From Candidatus Helarchaeota archaeon (lineage in GTDB: Archaea; Asgardarchaeota; Lokiarchaeia; Helarchaeales; RDOG01), in NCBI GenBank assembly GCA_019058315.1, contig JAHPZH010000005.1:160001-224000 (forward strand): a stretch of DNA of 64,000 nucleotides, in the 5' to 3' direction. The notes beneath the pieces were generated by a model. The model was not told the origin of the DNA, made no database searches, and saw only the letters and a program-made list of their open reading frames with translations. A program made the translations under genes and the position numbers. Shown piece by piece: positions 1 through 10,098 of the stretch (within the stretch, counting starts at the first letter, position 1; every line of letters starts with the position of its first letter).

Positions 1-246
1 ATCAAATGTTGGAGCGTTTTCTTCATAAACACTAGATGGACCTCCAGAAAAAATTATTCCTTTTATTTGGAACTTATCCTTCAATTTCAGTAAATCATTA
101 GGTTTTATTTCACAAGGGATTATTTCTGAGTAAACTCTTTGTTCTCTGACTCTTTTAGTAATAAGATGAGCATATTGTCCTCCGAAATCCATAATAAGAA
201 TAGTATCGAATTTTTTAATATGTTTATTTGATTTTAAATTACTCAT
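1..246 (-). CDS. guaA: GMP synthase glutamine amidotransferase, N-terminal part (runs off the window edge)
   Basis: Manual translation from ATG at 246: MSNLKSNKHIKKFDTILIMDFGGQYAHLITKRVREQRVYSEIIPCE...GIIFSGGPSSVY. DFGGQY and SGGP are GuaA GATase motifs. Not in the ORF track. Confidence 0.93.
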   Translation of the reverse strand, partial: MSNLKSNKHIKKFDTILIMDFGGQYAHLITKRVREQRVYSEIIPCEIKPNDLLKLKDKFQIKGIIFSGGPSSVYEENAPTFD

Positions 247-373
247 GGGTCTTACGCCATTAATTTAATTTATAATGTTAAGATGTTTTTTTAATAATAT
301 TTTGATTTAAATTATTTAAAGAATAAATGTTAAACCACCTAAATTAAATAACAAGCTTAAAATATGTGATAAA

Positions 374-475
374 ATGCCATCAAAGAAGAAAAAAAAACCT
401 AAGAAAAAAAAGAAAAAAGTTGGTAGATTGAAAACAAGTAGAAAAGTAGACAATATTCAATTAAGTGTTGAATAA
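374..475 (+). CDS. Candidate 33-aa lysine-rich small protein
   Basis: ATG at 374 to TAA at 473-475: MPSKKKKKPKKKKKKVGRLKTSRKVDNIQLSVE. GTGAT lies just upstream. Sits divergent to guaA and convergent to hisF. Confidence 0.45.
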   Translation: MPSKKKKKPKKKKKKVGRLKTSRKVDNIQLSVE

Positions 476-551
476 CCTTTATTATTATTTTTGAAAGCAA
501 CTCTACTTAACAATCTATTTTTCGTTAAAATACTATTAATTACTTATAAAT

Positions 552-1364
552 TTATAATCGGACAGACACACCTTTTTTTGCCAGAAATTCTTTTATTTCT
601 TTAATTCTGTATGTGCCGTAATGAAAAATACTTGCAGCTAGGGCAGCATCAGAATTTCCAATAGTCAATGCCTCTAATAGATGCTCAGGTGTCCCTGCTC
701 CACTACTTGCAATTATTGGAACTGGCACTCGATCAGATAATTCCCGTAAAAATATTAAATCATACCCTTTTTGTGTTCCATCAAAATCCAATGATGAAAT
801 CATAAACTCCCCAGCACCGAGTTCTACTACCTTTTCGCACCATTTAAATGCATCTAATTCTACTTCTTCTCTTCCACCGTAAATATAAATGCTCCACCAA
901 CATTTACCTTCTGGAGTTTCTAGAACTATTCTTTCTGGAGCTTCTGATTCATCAGAAACATACACACGCTTAATATCAACAGAGGATACAATACATTGAC
1001 TTCCAAAAATTCCTGCAGATTCTTTTATTAAATTCGGATTTTTAACAGCAGCTGTATTAATTGTAACTTTATCAGCTCCGTGAGAGAGAATTTGACGGAT
1101 GTCCTCAATATTTCGAATCCCACCACCAACAGTAAACGGAATGAATATTCTATCAGCAGTTCTACTGACAACATCAATCAGAATATCTCTTTTTTCATAA
1201 GATGCTGTTATATCCAGAAATACTAACTCGTCAGCACCTTCCTCATTATAAAATGCAGCTAATTCAACCGGATCTCCAGCATCTTTTAGTTCTTTGAATT
1301 TAATTCCTTTTACAACCCTACCTTCAGTCATATCCATACATGGAATAATTCTCTTTGCTAACAA
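552..1364 (-). CDS. hisF: Imidazole glycerol phosphate synthase, cyclase subunit
   Basis: MLAKRIIPCMD...RVVKG...GDPVELA, ADELVFLDITAS, TVGGGIR, AALAASIFH. Confidence 0.97.
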   Translation of the reverse strand: MLAKRIIPCMDMTEGRVVKGIKFKELKDAGDPVELAAFYNEEGADELVFLDITASYEKRDILIDVVSRTADRIFIPFTVGGGIRNIEDIRQILSHGADKVTINTAAVKNPNLIKESAGIFGSQCIVSSVDIKRVYVSDESEAPERIVLETPEGKCWWSIYIYGGREEVELDAFKWCEKVVELGAGEFMISSLDFDGTQKGYDLIFLRELSDRVPVPIIASSGAGTPEHLLEALTIGNSDAALAASIFHYGTYRIKEIKEFLAKKGVSVRL

Positions 1365-1384
1365 TGACTTATCTCACTTTCCTT

Positions 1385-1996
1385 TTACTTTTTTACATAT
1401 TCGATGAAATTTCCTAGCATTTTTAATCCAGTTTCTCCAGATTTTTCAGGATGGAATTGGGTTGAAAATACTTGTCTATTAGCTAAAATCGAAGGAAATA
1501 TTACTCCATAATTTGTGTTAGTAATGATATCATCTTTATTTTCTACTTCACCATAAAAAGAGTGAACGAAATAGACGTAAGAGCCATCTTCAATACCATT
1601 CAAGAGAGGATTTTCAGGTTTTGCAAAATCTAAAGTATTCCATCCCATATGAGGCACTTTAACTGTGCCAGGAAGTTTTATAACTTTACCTTTATAAACA
1701 TCTAATCCCTTATAAATGCCTCCTTCAGTACTCGTGGTAAATAGTAGTTGTAGACCCAGACATATACCTAATAATGGTTTACCTAGACGAATTTGATCTA
1801 AGATAATCCCAGAAATTGGCATTAACTTATCTATTGCACCTTTAAATGCACCAACACCTGGCAATACAAGTGCATCAGAAGCATCCATCTCTTTTTTTTC
1901 GTGGGTCAAAATTATTTCAGCATTTACTTTTGTAAGACCGTTTGAAATGCTTCTTAAGTTTCCTACGCCATATTCAATAATAGCGACTTTTACCAA
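1385..1996 (-). CDS. hisH: Imidazole glycerol phosphate synthase, glutaminase subunit
   Basis: GNLRS, LPGVGAF, GICLGLQ (catalytic Cys), VPHMGWN, YFVHS, QFHPEKS; adjacent to hisF. Confidence 0.97.
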   Translation of the reverse strand: MVKVAIIEYGVGNLRSISNGLTKVNAEIILTHEKKEMDASDALVLPGVGAFKGAIDKLMPISGIILDQIRLGKPLLGICLGLQLLFTTSTEGGIYKGLDVYKGKVIKLPGTVKVPHMGWNTLDFAKPENPLLNGIEDGSYVYFVHSFYGEVENKDDIITNTNYGVIFPSILANRQVFSTQFHPEKSGETGLKMLGNFIEYVKK

Positions 1997-2168
1997 AGAA
2001 AAAACCTATCTAATTAAAATCATGATATATATTTTTTAATCAATTATACAAATATGACTATATTTAAAGGTATTTTAGTCAAAATTGACAGAACATTCGT
2101 CTTTTTTTATCATATTGGCTATAAATTCATCCTTCAGTATTTAAAAATTCTCTTATAGAGATATGAAT

Positions 2169-2837
2169 TTAATCAAACTCTATACCACGTGACTTATAAA
2201 CCAAATATACATAGAGGACACCGCCGAGAAAACCACCAACATGAGCCCAATAAGCAACGCCAGACCCACCTGCGATTATTCCATATAAAACTTGTAAGGC
2301 AAAATAGAATATTACTGCTACCCATGCTCTTGTTCTCCAAAGGAACCTACCAGCATAGACCAAAGCTTGATTCTCCGGAAATAGTAGTGCATACGCCCCC
2401 ATGACTCCAAAGATTGCGCCTGAGGCGCCTATTGCAGGTATAGTTGGATCCATGAACACTGAAGCGATCAATCCATAAATTAAATTTGCGACTATACCTG
2501 AAAGAAAATACATTATTAGAAAAGATATACGCCCTAATATAAAGGAGTCCCGTCCTAAACTTCCCTCAATATCGAGTGAAAATAGGAAAAAATAAAACAT
2601 GTTAAATCCAATGTGAAAAATATCTCCATGAATAAACAATGAAGTAATTATTGTATAGAGTTTTCTTCCATTAAAAAATTCACTAGCGGTGAAACCAAGA
2701 TTAATAAAATGGATGTCAGGCTCACCCAAAATCCAATTTGCCATTACATTGACTCGTATAAAGACAATTATATTAATTATAATTATACTAATGGTAACTA
2801 TTGGTTTTCTAAAATATCTAGGAAAAACAATTGCCAT
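2169..2837 (-). CDS. Rhomboid family intramembrane serine protease
   Basis: HGDIFHIGFNM, GASGA (catalytic Ser), AHVGG (catalytic His); multiple TM segments. Confidence 0.93.
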   Translation of the reverse strand: MAIVFPRYFRKPIVTISIIIINIIVFIRVNVMANWILGEPDIHFINLGFTASEFFNGRKLYTIITSLFIHGDIFHIGFNMFYFFLFSLDIEGSLGRDSFILGRISFLIMYFLSGIVANLIYGLIASVFMDPTIPAIGASGAIFGVMGAYALLFPENQALVYAGRFLWRTRAWVAVIFYFALQVLYGIIAGGSGVAYWAHVGGFLGGVLYVYLVYKSRGIEFD

Positions 2838-2962
2838 CCTTCAAACCTCATTAGATTAATAAACAATTGTATTAGTAACTAATAATTTCTTATTAAATTA
2901 AAAGAATTGTGTTTTCATTAATAATAAAACTTTTTATAACCAGATAAATAAAGGATAACTTA

Positions 2963-3649
2963 ATGTTAGACATATTAATTAATACAATTAATCATCTGAG
3001 TTATATAAACACTCCACTTTTTTATGCAGAGTTAATTTCCAAAATTATACTTAGTGCAGCATTAGTTATTGGGGGATTCATTTTTCTAAGGCGATTCTTA
3101 AAGATTATAAATAAGACCGAAGAATCTTTTCAAAAATTTTTCGCTTTAGGCATCTCCTTATTTGGTTATTTTTATGCATTAACCCGAATTTTTTACATTT
3201 TTTCAGATTTTTTAATTGAAGGTACTCCAGAACATTTGCTTTTTTGGCGTTTGGCTGCTTTGACTATGTTAATAGCTTTGACTTTCTTAGAAATAATTAT
3301 TGAAACGTATTTAGTTAAAACATATTATTTCTTTACTTTAATTGCTATAATAGCAGCGTTTCTGTTACTAATTTTACCCCTAAATCAAGCAAGAATAATT
3401 TCATATACACTTTCTCCAACTCTATTAGTTAATATTGTTGGGATATATATCTACGTGGCATATAAATCACGGGGAGAGGGGGAAACAAGTAAAAAGGCAA
3501 TAACCAGTATGTTTGGTATTTCATTAATTGCAATCGGTATTGTAATTGATGGAGTTGTTATAAAGAACATCGTTGGTTTTGATACTGGTCTGATTGGTGC
3601 AATTGTAATGATGGCTGGTCTTGCTTTATTTTTTAAAGCAAATTATTAA
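2963..3649 (+). CDS. Multi-pass (~7 TM) membrane protein, paralog of 6157-6888
   Basis: About 7 hydrophobic segments; shares QK.F..G..F...YA..R.F...D, FW and IE.YL patterns with 6157-6888. Confidence 0.75.
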   Translation: MLDILINTINHLSYINTPLFYAELISKIILSAALVIGGFIFLRRFLKIINKTEESFQKFFALGISLFGYFYALTRIFYIFSDFLIEGTPEHLLFWRLAALTMLIALTFLEIIIETYLVKTYYFFTLIAIIAAFLLLILPLNQARIISYTLSPTLLVNIVGIYIYVAYKSRGEGETSKKAITSMFGISLIAIGIVIDGVVIKNIVGFDTGLIGAIVMMAGLALFFKANY

Positions 3650-3688
3650 ATTTATTAATTTCTATAATTATTACTTAATTTTATTAGA

Positions 3689-4003
3689 TTGGTTATTAAA
3701 TTGAAAAAAAAAGAATATGATTCTATTTCAGAAGATATGATTGGAAAGGAAATTACCCTAATTGGTTTGGCTGTTGATGCCAAAGCTGGAGCGTGTGTAT
3801 TGTTAAAAGATGATGTTGCTATATATGTTCAAGAATGGGAGCATTGGGAACCTGAAATTCTGGGAAAAAAGGTATCTGTGACAGGAACACTTGTAGAAAA
3901 AAAATTCATTCCTGATCCAATAATTGATGAAAATGGAGCTATAAGTCAAGGAGCAGAAGGATCTCAGTTAGTTTTAGAGAATGCAAATTGGAAATTGGTA
4001 TAA
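3689..4003 (+). CDS. Hypothetical protein (small beta-rich, possibly OB-like)
   Basis: 104-aa ORF in a co-oriented run; GKEITLIG / GKKVSVTG internal similarity. Confidence 0.65.
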   Translation: MVIKLKKKEYDSISEDMIGKEITLIGLAVDAKAGACVLLKDDVAIYVQEWEHWEPEILGKKVSVTGTLVEKKFIPDPIIDENGAISQGAEGSQLVLENANWKLV

Positions 4004-4019
4004 AACCTAAAATATTTCT

Positions 4020-4397
4020 GTGGATTTGATAGTCTTGAGCGATGAAAACATATTTGAGGAGTATAAAAGAGTCGCTTTGTCCATAAAAAAAGTACATGTA
4101 ACTGATGAAGAACTAATTCTGGAATGGAAATATGAGAAAAGAGAAAATGATGTATATTTATTTAAAGATTTAAAAAAAGCTACAATTATTACTACAGATC
4201 AAGGACCATTTGAAGAAGATGTATTCTGGTTATTATTATTTAAAATACCCATTATGATTCCTCAAGCTGCTGGAACTGATAAACTGTTAGAAAAGTTACA
4301 AAAATTGCCAGGATTCGATAATGAAAATGTGATTAAAGCAATGACATGCACAGAAAATGATTCTTTTCTTGTGTGGGAAAAAAAGAATAAAGAATAA
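4020..4397 (+). CDS. Hypothetical protein
   Basis: 125-aa ORF; TTDQGPFEEDVFWLL and LPGFDNE look like conserved motifs. Confidence 0.7.
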   Translation: MDLIVLSDENIFEEYKRVALSIKKVHVTDEELILEWKYEKRENDVYLFKDLKKATIITTDQGPFEEDVFWLLLFKIPIMIPQAAGTDKLLEKLQKLPGFDNENVIKAMTCTENDSFLVWEKKNKE

Positions 4398-4470
4398 TTA
4401 GTTTACGTTGTTTATTTTAGTTATTTTTTAAAAATCTTAAAATTTTTTTGAGAATTGGGTTGAATCTAAA

Positions 4471-5478
4471 TTGTTGGTTCCGAGACCAATTTCTGGAGGT
4501 ATACTACTTTCTTATAAATGTAGCAGTGAATGCAAACATTGTATGTATGCTTGTTCCCCAAACTGGAAAGCAGATTGGATCTCTTTAAAAGATGCAGATA
4601 AAATTTTAAACCAATTGGCTGATAAGATTCAAGCAAGTCCCCTTGGACCAGATAAAATTGATATTAATCATGGTCTTCATTTTACAGGTGGAGAACCGTT
4701 TTTAAATTATGATCTACTGCTTAAAATTACCGATTTAGCGTCAAAGCTTAAAATCCCATCAATGTTTGTCGAAACTAATTGTTTTTGGTGTAAAGATGAC
4801 GAAGCGACTAGAAATAAACTCGTAGAATTAAAAAGAGCTGGTTTAAATGGAATATTGATTAGTGTAAACCCATTCATTCTTGAACAAGTACCTTTCGAAA
4901 AAACAGAAAGAGGATTTAGGATAAGTAGTGAAATCTTTGGAGAAAATGCTATAATATACCAGGATCTTTTTTATAATATATTCAAACTTCTTAAATTAAA
5001 AGATACTTTGCCATTTGAAGAATTTTTACGGAAATCTCCCGATAGCTTACAATATGTAGAATTGATACCTATGGGTAGAGCAGTCTATAAAATAGGACAT
5101 TTATTTAAAAAATACAAAGCGAAAAATTTCTTTAATTTATCATGCAAAGGAGACTTACTGAGGGATTGGCATGTTCATATCGATAATTATGGTAATTATA
5201 TGACTGGATATTGTGGTGGAATTAGTTTAGGAGATGCTAAAGACCTTAATCTTATACTTGAAGGTATTGATTTAGATGAATTTCCTATACTTAAAGCTTT
5301 GATATCTAATTTAAAACAACTTTATAGAATTGGAGTTGAACAATTTGGTTATAAAGAGCGGAATGAGGGTTATATTTCAAAATGTCATCTTTGCGTTGAT
5401 ATAAGAAGACATATTGTGCAAATAACTGATAAATTTAAGGAGTTGAAACCAAAAGAATTATATTATAATTTAGAATAA
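4471..5478 (+). CDS. Radical SAM protein
   Basis: CSSECKHC (CxxxCxxC), FTGGEPF, ETN; C-terminal Cys cluster (CHLC). Confidence 0.9.
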   Translation: MLVPRPISGGILLSYKCSSECKHCMYACSPNWKADWISLKDADKILNQLADKIQASPLGPDKIDINHGLHFTGGEPFLNYDLLLKITDLASKLKIPSMFVETNCFWCKDDEATRNKLVELKRAGLNGILISVNPFILEQVPFEKTERGFRISSEIFGENAIIYQDLFYNIFKLLKLKDTLPFEEFLRKSPDSLQYVELIPMGRAVYKIGHLFKKYKAKNFFNLSCKGDLLRDWHVHIDNYGNYMTGYCGGISLGDAKDLNLILEGIDLDEFPILKALISNLKQLYRIGVEQFGYKERNEGYISKCHLCVDIRRHIVQITDKFKELKPKELYYNLE

Positions 5479-5527
5479 ATATTTATACACTTAAAATCTA
5501 GATTTAACAACTTAGAGGGATTGAATC

Positions 5528-6085
5528 ATGGAAATTATAATTAATAAAACCAAATTACGTCTAATTAGAGGAGATATAACCGATCAAGAAACCGATGCTA
5601 TTGTAAATGCTGCCAACTCAGGTTTAATGGGAGGTGGTGGTGTAGATGGAGCTATTCACCGGAGAGGTGGTCCGAAAATACTTGAAGAATGCAAAAAAAT
5701 ACGGCAGTCAGAATGGCCAAAAGGTCTTCCTACAGGAAAAGCAGTTATAACAACTGGAGGGAATCTTAAAGCAAGTTTTGTAATCCATACTGTAGGACCC
5801 ATTTGGCGTGGTGGAAATAATAAAGAACCCGAATTACTTACAGATGCTTATCGAAACTCATTGAAATTAGCTGTTTCTAAAGGTTTGAAATCAATTGCAT
5901 TCCCCTCAATCAGCACGGGTGCATATGGTTATCCGATATGGAAGGCTAGCTTAATCGCTCTATCTACGGTGAAGGAATTCTTGGAGAAAGAAAATAAATT
6001 AGATGAAATTATTTTTGTACTTTTCAGCCAGAGTGACCTAGAAACTTATAAAGATGTAGCAAAAGAAGTTATTCCAAATGTTTAA
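5528..6085 (+). CDS. Macrodomain O-acetyl-ADP-ribose deacetylase (YmdB-like)
   Basis: GDIT, AIVNAANSGLMGGGGVDGAIH, VIHTVGP, IAFPSISTGAYGYP. Confidence 0.95.
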   Translation: MEIIINKTKLRLIRGDITDQETDAIVNAANSGLMGGGGVDGAIHRRGGPKILEECKKIRQSEWPKGLPTGKAVITTGGNLKASFVIHTVGPIWRGGNNKEPELLTDAYRNSLKLAVSKGLKSIAFPSISTGAYGYPIWKASLIALSTVKEFLEKENKLDEIIFVLFSQSDLETYKDVAKEVIPNV

Positions 6086-6156
6086 TTCTTGATATAAAAT
6101 ATTTAATTTAAAAAATATATGATTTTCAATGTTTAAAATATCAAAGAGATGATTTT

Positions 6157-6888
6157 ATGGCAATTCCTTCGGGTGAATTAAATCCCAATTATTTTATTCA
6201 AGACATGAGAGTCGGATTATGGCTTGTAGCCATTAGTCTTTTACTTTTATTTGCTAAGGATTTTTTTTATAGGAGTAGAAAAGCAGAATTAGAAAATCAA
6301 AAGAAATTATTTTCAGGTTTTGCTATTTTTTTTACTTTATATGCAATAGCAAGAGTTTGTTTCATGATTGCTGACTATGGTTTTATTCATATTAATGGAA
6401 TTCCTCTTCCTGAATTCCAATTTGGAAGAGATTGGGTAGGTGGTTTTTATTTTAATATTTTCTGGCAAATTGGAACACTTTTTGGAGTAATAGGATTTAC
6501 AACTTTAGTATTTTATATAGAGAATTATTTACTAGAGAAAAAAACCAAGTTGGTTTTCAGTGTTATAGGATTAGCATTAATAGGGCTTGTATCATCGTTA
6601 GGGTTAATAGTTCGAAATTTAGTATATATAGCTATTGCATTTATGGCTGCAGTTCCAGTTATTTTATATTTTTATTATGCCAATTTATCTGAGGGTGATA
6701 TAAAAAAGAAAGCAACAATATGTGGGATTGCGCTCTCATTTTTGTTGGGAGGAATAGGATTGGATAGTAAATTAATGCAAAATATTTTATTTCCTTTAAA
6801 TATTCCAACGAAAATAATTGGAACTTTGTTATTAATTCTTGGACTCTTCATATTTAACCACGAATACAGCACCACAAGTGGAATTTGA
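6157..6888 (+). CDS. Multi-pass (~7 TM) membrane protein, paralog of 2963-3649
   Basis: Hydrophobic pattern and shared motifs with 2963-3649. Confidence 0.75.
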   Translation: MAIPSGELNPNYFIQDMRVGLWLVAISLLLLFAKDFFYRSRKAELENQKKLFSGFAIFFTLYAIARVCFMIADYGFIHINGIPLPEFQFGRDWVGGFYFNIFWQIGTLFGVIGFTTLVFYIENYLLEKKTKLVFSVIGLALIGLVSSLGLIVRNLVYIAIAFMAAVPVILYFYYANLSEGDIKKKATICGIALSFLLGGIGLDSKLMQNILFPLNIPTKIIGTLLLILGLFIFNHEYSTTSGI

Positions 6889-6942
6889 GCAAGGTTTAGA
6901 AAATAAGTAAAATTTAAATGATTTATTATTGAAGAGTATATT

Positions 6943-8772
6943 TTATTTATTTAATTCCGCTAATTCTTTCGCCATTTTTGCACATAATTCGGAATTTTTC
7001 TTATCATTAATAGCAGAGAATAAATTAGTAGCGATATTATAATAAAGGACAGCTTGTTTGAACTTTTGTTGTAATTCTGCATCATAGGCTCTCTTCAAAT
7101 TTTTTTTAATTTTTTCATCCTCTATATCCTCAAGGGGAATAATAGGAACAAATTCTTCAACACGTGCTTCTATATCAGCTAATTTATTAAGTTCATCGAT
7201 TTTCATTATGCATAATTCTCTATTTTTAGTATCATTATAATCTGTAAACTTTCCACACGCTTCTGAATAGAATTTTAAAGCCCGATCATATAATTCTAAT
7301 CTCTCAGCTATGGCAGCGTTCTTCAACATATTTTTTATTTCTTCATTTGGGATTTCTTCTTCAGGAATTAATAATTTCTCTCCTTCTTCACTTGATTCGA
7401 TTGAAATAGGTTTTTCTTCGATTTGTAGCCTTTCATTTAGTTCATTAATTTTCATTCTGCATTTTGTAAAACTATCTTGATCTTCATTAATTGCAAATTT
7501 TTCGGCTGCTTCGAAATAAAATTTTAATGCTTTGTCATAAATTTCTAGCTTTTCAGCAAGAGCTGCGTTCTTTAATAAGCTCTTAATTCTCGGATCCGAA
7601 ATTAATTCTTCATCTATTAATAATTCTACCTTTTCTTCAACAGCTGAACTTATTTGTGAAAAAGCTGTTTCTTCTGAAATTTCTTCTAAAATAGGGGGTT
7701 GTACGGGACTAATTTCTACTTTTTTAGCCTCTTCTTTAACAACTTTTGGTTTACTTGCATCTAATTGTTGCTTTTTAATTAATTCTTTTATCCTTTCTGA
7801 ACATTTATTAGAACTTTCACGATCTTTATTTATTAAAAATAATCCTGCTGCGGAATTATAATATGTAATTGCTTCAGCATATCTTTTTGCATTTTCTGCT
7901 TGATATGCTTTTTTAATTATGGACCTCGTTTTTTCATCATAAATTAACGCCTCATCAATTATAGGTTCAATTTCCGCTAAACTTTCATCAATTGCTACAA
8001 TAGGGACAGGTTTGGTTTTTTGCTCCTCAATTTCTTGAAGCACTAATTCTTCTTTATATAAAGCCATTTCCTTTGATTTATTGGCATATTGATAGCAAAT
8101 TTGTGCATTATCGTAATCCCCTAACCCGTTAAAAAGCCCTGCGGCAACACCGTAATAGATAGTAGCTTCTTCAAATTGGCTATTATTAATAGCATATTCA
8201 GCATTTTCCAAAGCTTCAATCACCCTATCTCTAATCACTTCTGCATCTCTGATATTTACACCTGGAAGTTCTCTTACCTTCATTGCATCTACGAGAGGAT
8301 TAGAAATTTGTGGTTTTGGTATTTTTGGAGTTTCTAAAGTAGTTCCTCTATCTTTTCTTTCTTCTACAATAATTTTTAGATCTTGATTTGCATTTTGAAT
8401 AATTCTATCTAATACTGGTGCAAATGGTTGGAATAACTGTTCATTAAGACCGTCTGCGGTTAATTTATTACCATAACCTTGGACTAGAAATTCGGAAATG
8501 ATTTCTTCCATAATTGGACCAATATCAGCTTCATTTAAATTAAAATCAGCTGCTACTGTTAAAATCATGGTTTCGGTTGATAGATAAAAAAATTTGAACG
8601 ATCCCATAGTAACGGACCTAATAGCTTCCCCACTAAGCTCTTCAGAAAAATTGAAGAATGCTGTTATAAAACCGCCGAATAAATCCTTGTCTATTTTGTT
8701 GAATTCTCCATAATTCTGTTGTAATACGCATAAGCTATTATTTTTATTGATAATCCAGACGTTAGAAATCAA
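6943..8772 (-). CDS. N-terminal longin-like domain plus five MIT/TPR-like helical repeats
   Basis: N-terminus NVWII...LFGGFITAFFNFSEEL..EAIRSVTMGSFKFFY (longin pattern), then five ~60-aa repeats LK.A..AE....Y..A..YY..AA..F....D......C...I.EL. Confidence 0.75.
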   Translation of the reverse strand: MISNVWIINKNNSLCVLQQNYGEFNKIDKDLFGGFITAFFNFSEELSGEAIRSVTMGSFKFFYLSTETMILTVAADFNLNEADIGPIMEEIISEFLVQGYGNKLTADGLNEQLFQPFAPVLDRIIQNANQDLKIIVEERKDRGTTLETPKIPKPQISNPLVDAMKVRELPGVNIRDAEVIRDRVIEALENAEYAINNSQFEEATIYYGVAAGLFNGLGDYDNAQICYQYANKSKEMALYKEELVLQEIEEQKTKPVPIVAIDESLAEIEPIIDEALIYDEKTRSIIKKAYQAENAKRYAEAITYYNSAAGLFLINKDRESSNKCSERIKELIKKQQLDASKPKVVKEEAKKVEISPVQPPILEEISEETAFSQISSAVEEKVELLIDEELISDPRIKSLLKNAALAEKLEIYDKALKFYFEAAEKFAINEDQDSFTKCRMKINELNERLQIEEKPISIESSEEGEKLLIPEEEIPNEEIKNMLKNAAIAERLELYDRALKFYSEACGKFTDYNDTKNRELCIMKIDELNKLADIEARVEEFVPIIPLEDIEDEKIKKNLKRAYDAELQQKFKQAVLYYNIATNLFSAINDKKNSELCAKMAKELAELNK

Positions 8773-8874
8773 ACCATAATCACAAACTTAAGATATACCC
8801 ATTTATCAATTTACATTTGTATTTTTTTATTCTTAATATTTTCTTGTTTATAACATAATAATATTTTTTTACTC

Positions 8875-10023
8875 TTAGAAATCTGATGCTTGTGAAGCGA
8901 CCATAGTCTCTAGTTTTTCCCAATTTTCATCAATAACTTCTTCAGTTTTAAAAGATTTAAACAAGACATTTCTGAGCATTTTCCCAGCACTCTGTTCTTT
9001 CTTTAAAAACTTCTGAATTTGTGATTTTTTATATTTACGTGTGAATTCTTCAACCATCCCCTCCGTAATTTCCCCTTCTGTAAGGAGTGCATTTGCTACA
9101 AATTCGGCAACATCGAAACCAGTTGACATGCAAGAAATGATTCCTGCAGCACCGATTGCCCCTACATGCCCTCCTGCATCCCCGACAAATGCTACTCCAT
9201 TACCAAAAATATTCTTAATTGGTCCCCCAAAATTCAAAAAATCTCTAGAACTATAATAGCTCTTGGCTTTTTCTATAATTCCTCTCATTCTATCATTTTC
9301 AATACTTTTCTTTCTCCATAGTTCTAGGATATCAAAATTATCAGGTAAATCATGTGTCCAAACCGTTATACCAGTTTCTCCAGAACTTGGACCCTTAGGA
9401 AACATCCACATTGCACCAGGCGGATTTGTAATGAGGTGTAATTCGATATGTCGAGGATTTGGAACGTTTAAATTTTCAAAATTAAATTTTAAAGCATAAT
9501 ATATTTCAGATTGCTTAATATTAAGTTCATTTCCAATTTTTGACTCATTTCCATCTGCAGCAATAATGAATTTAGTCTTAATATTGAATTCCTTATTATC
9601 TTTTATGCAAGTAGCTCCTACAACTTTCTCATTTTCTTTAATAGTTTTTAAAAATTCAGTGTTTAGTAATACTCTACAATTGGTTTTTGATAATTCTTTA
9701 AAGATTTCAACAATAAAAAGGCGATAATCAATTGCAACCAACGGTTCTGAATGTTCCATCTCCATATATTTTTTTGCACTAGGAGAATAGATTCTTCTCC
9801 CCGTTAATTCATTTAGAGTAACTTCTTTAGGTAACCCTTTTCCGAAAATTTTTTCAAATATGGGAGATTTTTTTTGAATACATTCTCCTTTTATCTTATA
9901 CCCAATCTCTGACTCTTTTTCAATTAAAATTGTATCTAATTTATTTCTAGCAGAAGCAATTGCAGCGCATAATCCTGCAACACCAGCACCTACGATTAAA
10001 ATATCACAATTTAGATTTTTCAT
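8875..10023 (-). CDS. Geranylgeranyl reductase family FAD oxidoreductase
   Basis: DILIVGAGVAG, IAADG, WMFPKG, GDAGG. Confidence 0.85.
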   Translation of the reverse strand: MKNLNCDILIVGAGVAGLCAAIASARNKLDTILIEKESEIGYKIKGECIQKKSPIFEKIFGKGLPKEVTLNELTGRRIYSPSAKKYMEMEHSEPLVAIDYRLFIVEIFKELSKTNCRVLLNTEFLKTIKENEKVVGATCIKDNKEFNIKTKFIIAADGNESKIGNELNIKQSEIYYALKFNFENLNVPNPRHIELHLITNPPGAMWMFPKGPSSGETGITVWTHDLPDNFDILELWRKKSIENDRMRGIIEKAKSYYSSRDFLNFGGPIKNIFGNGVAFVGDAGGHVGAIGAAGIISCMSTGFDVAEFVANALLTEGEITEGMVEEFTRKYKKSQIQKFLKKEQSAGKMLRNVLFKSFKTEEVIDENWEKLETMVASQASDF

Positions 10024-10098
10024 TGGAGTAACTTCCCGTAAACATTATAAGCTATTTCCAATACTAATATAAAATTATTGAATCTTGAGAGATAAACT

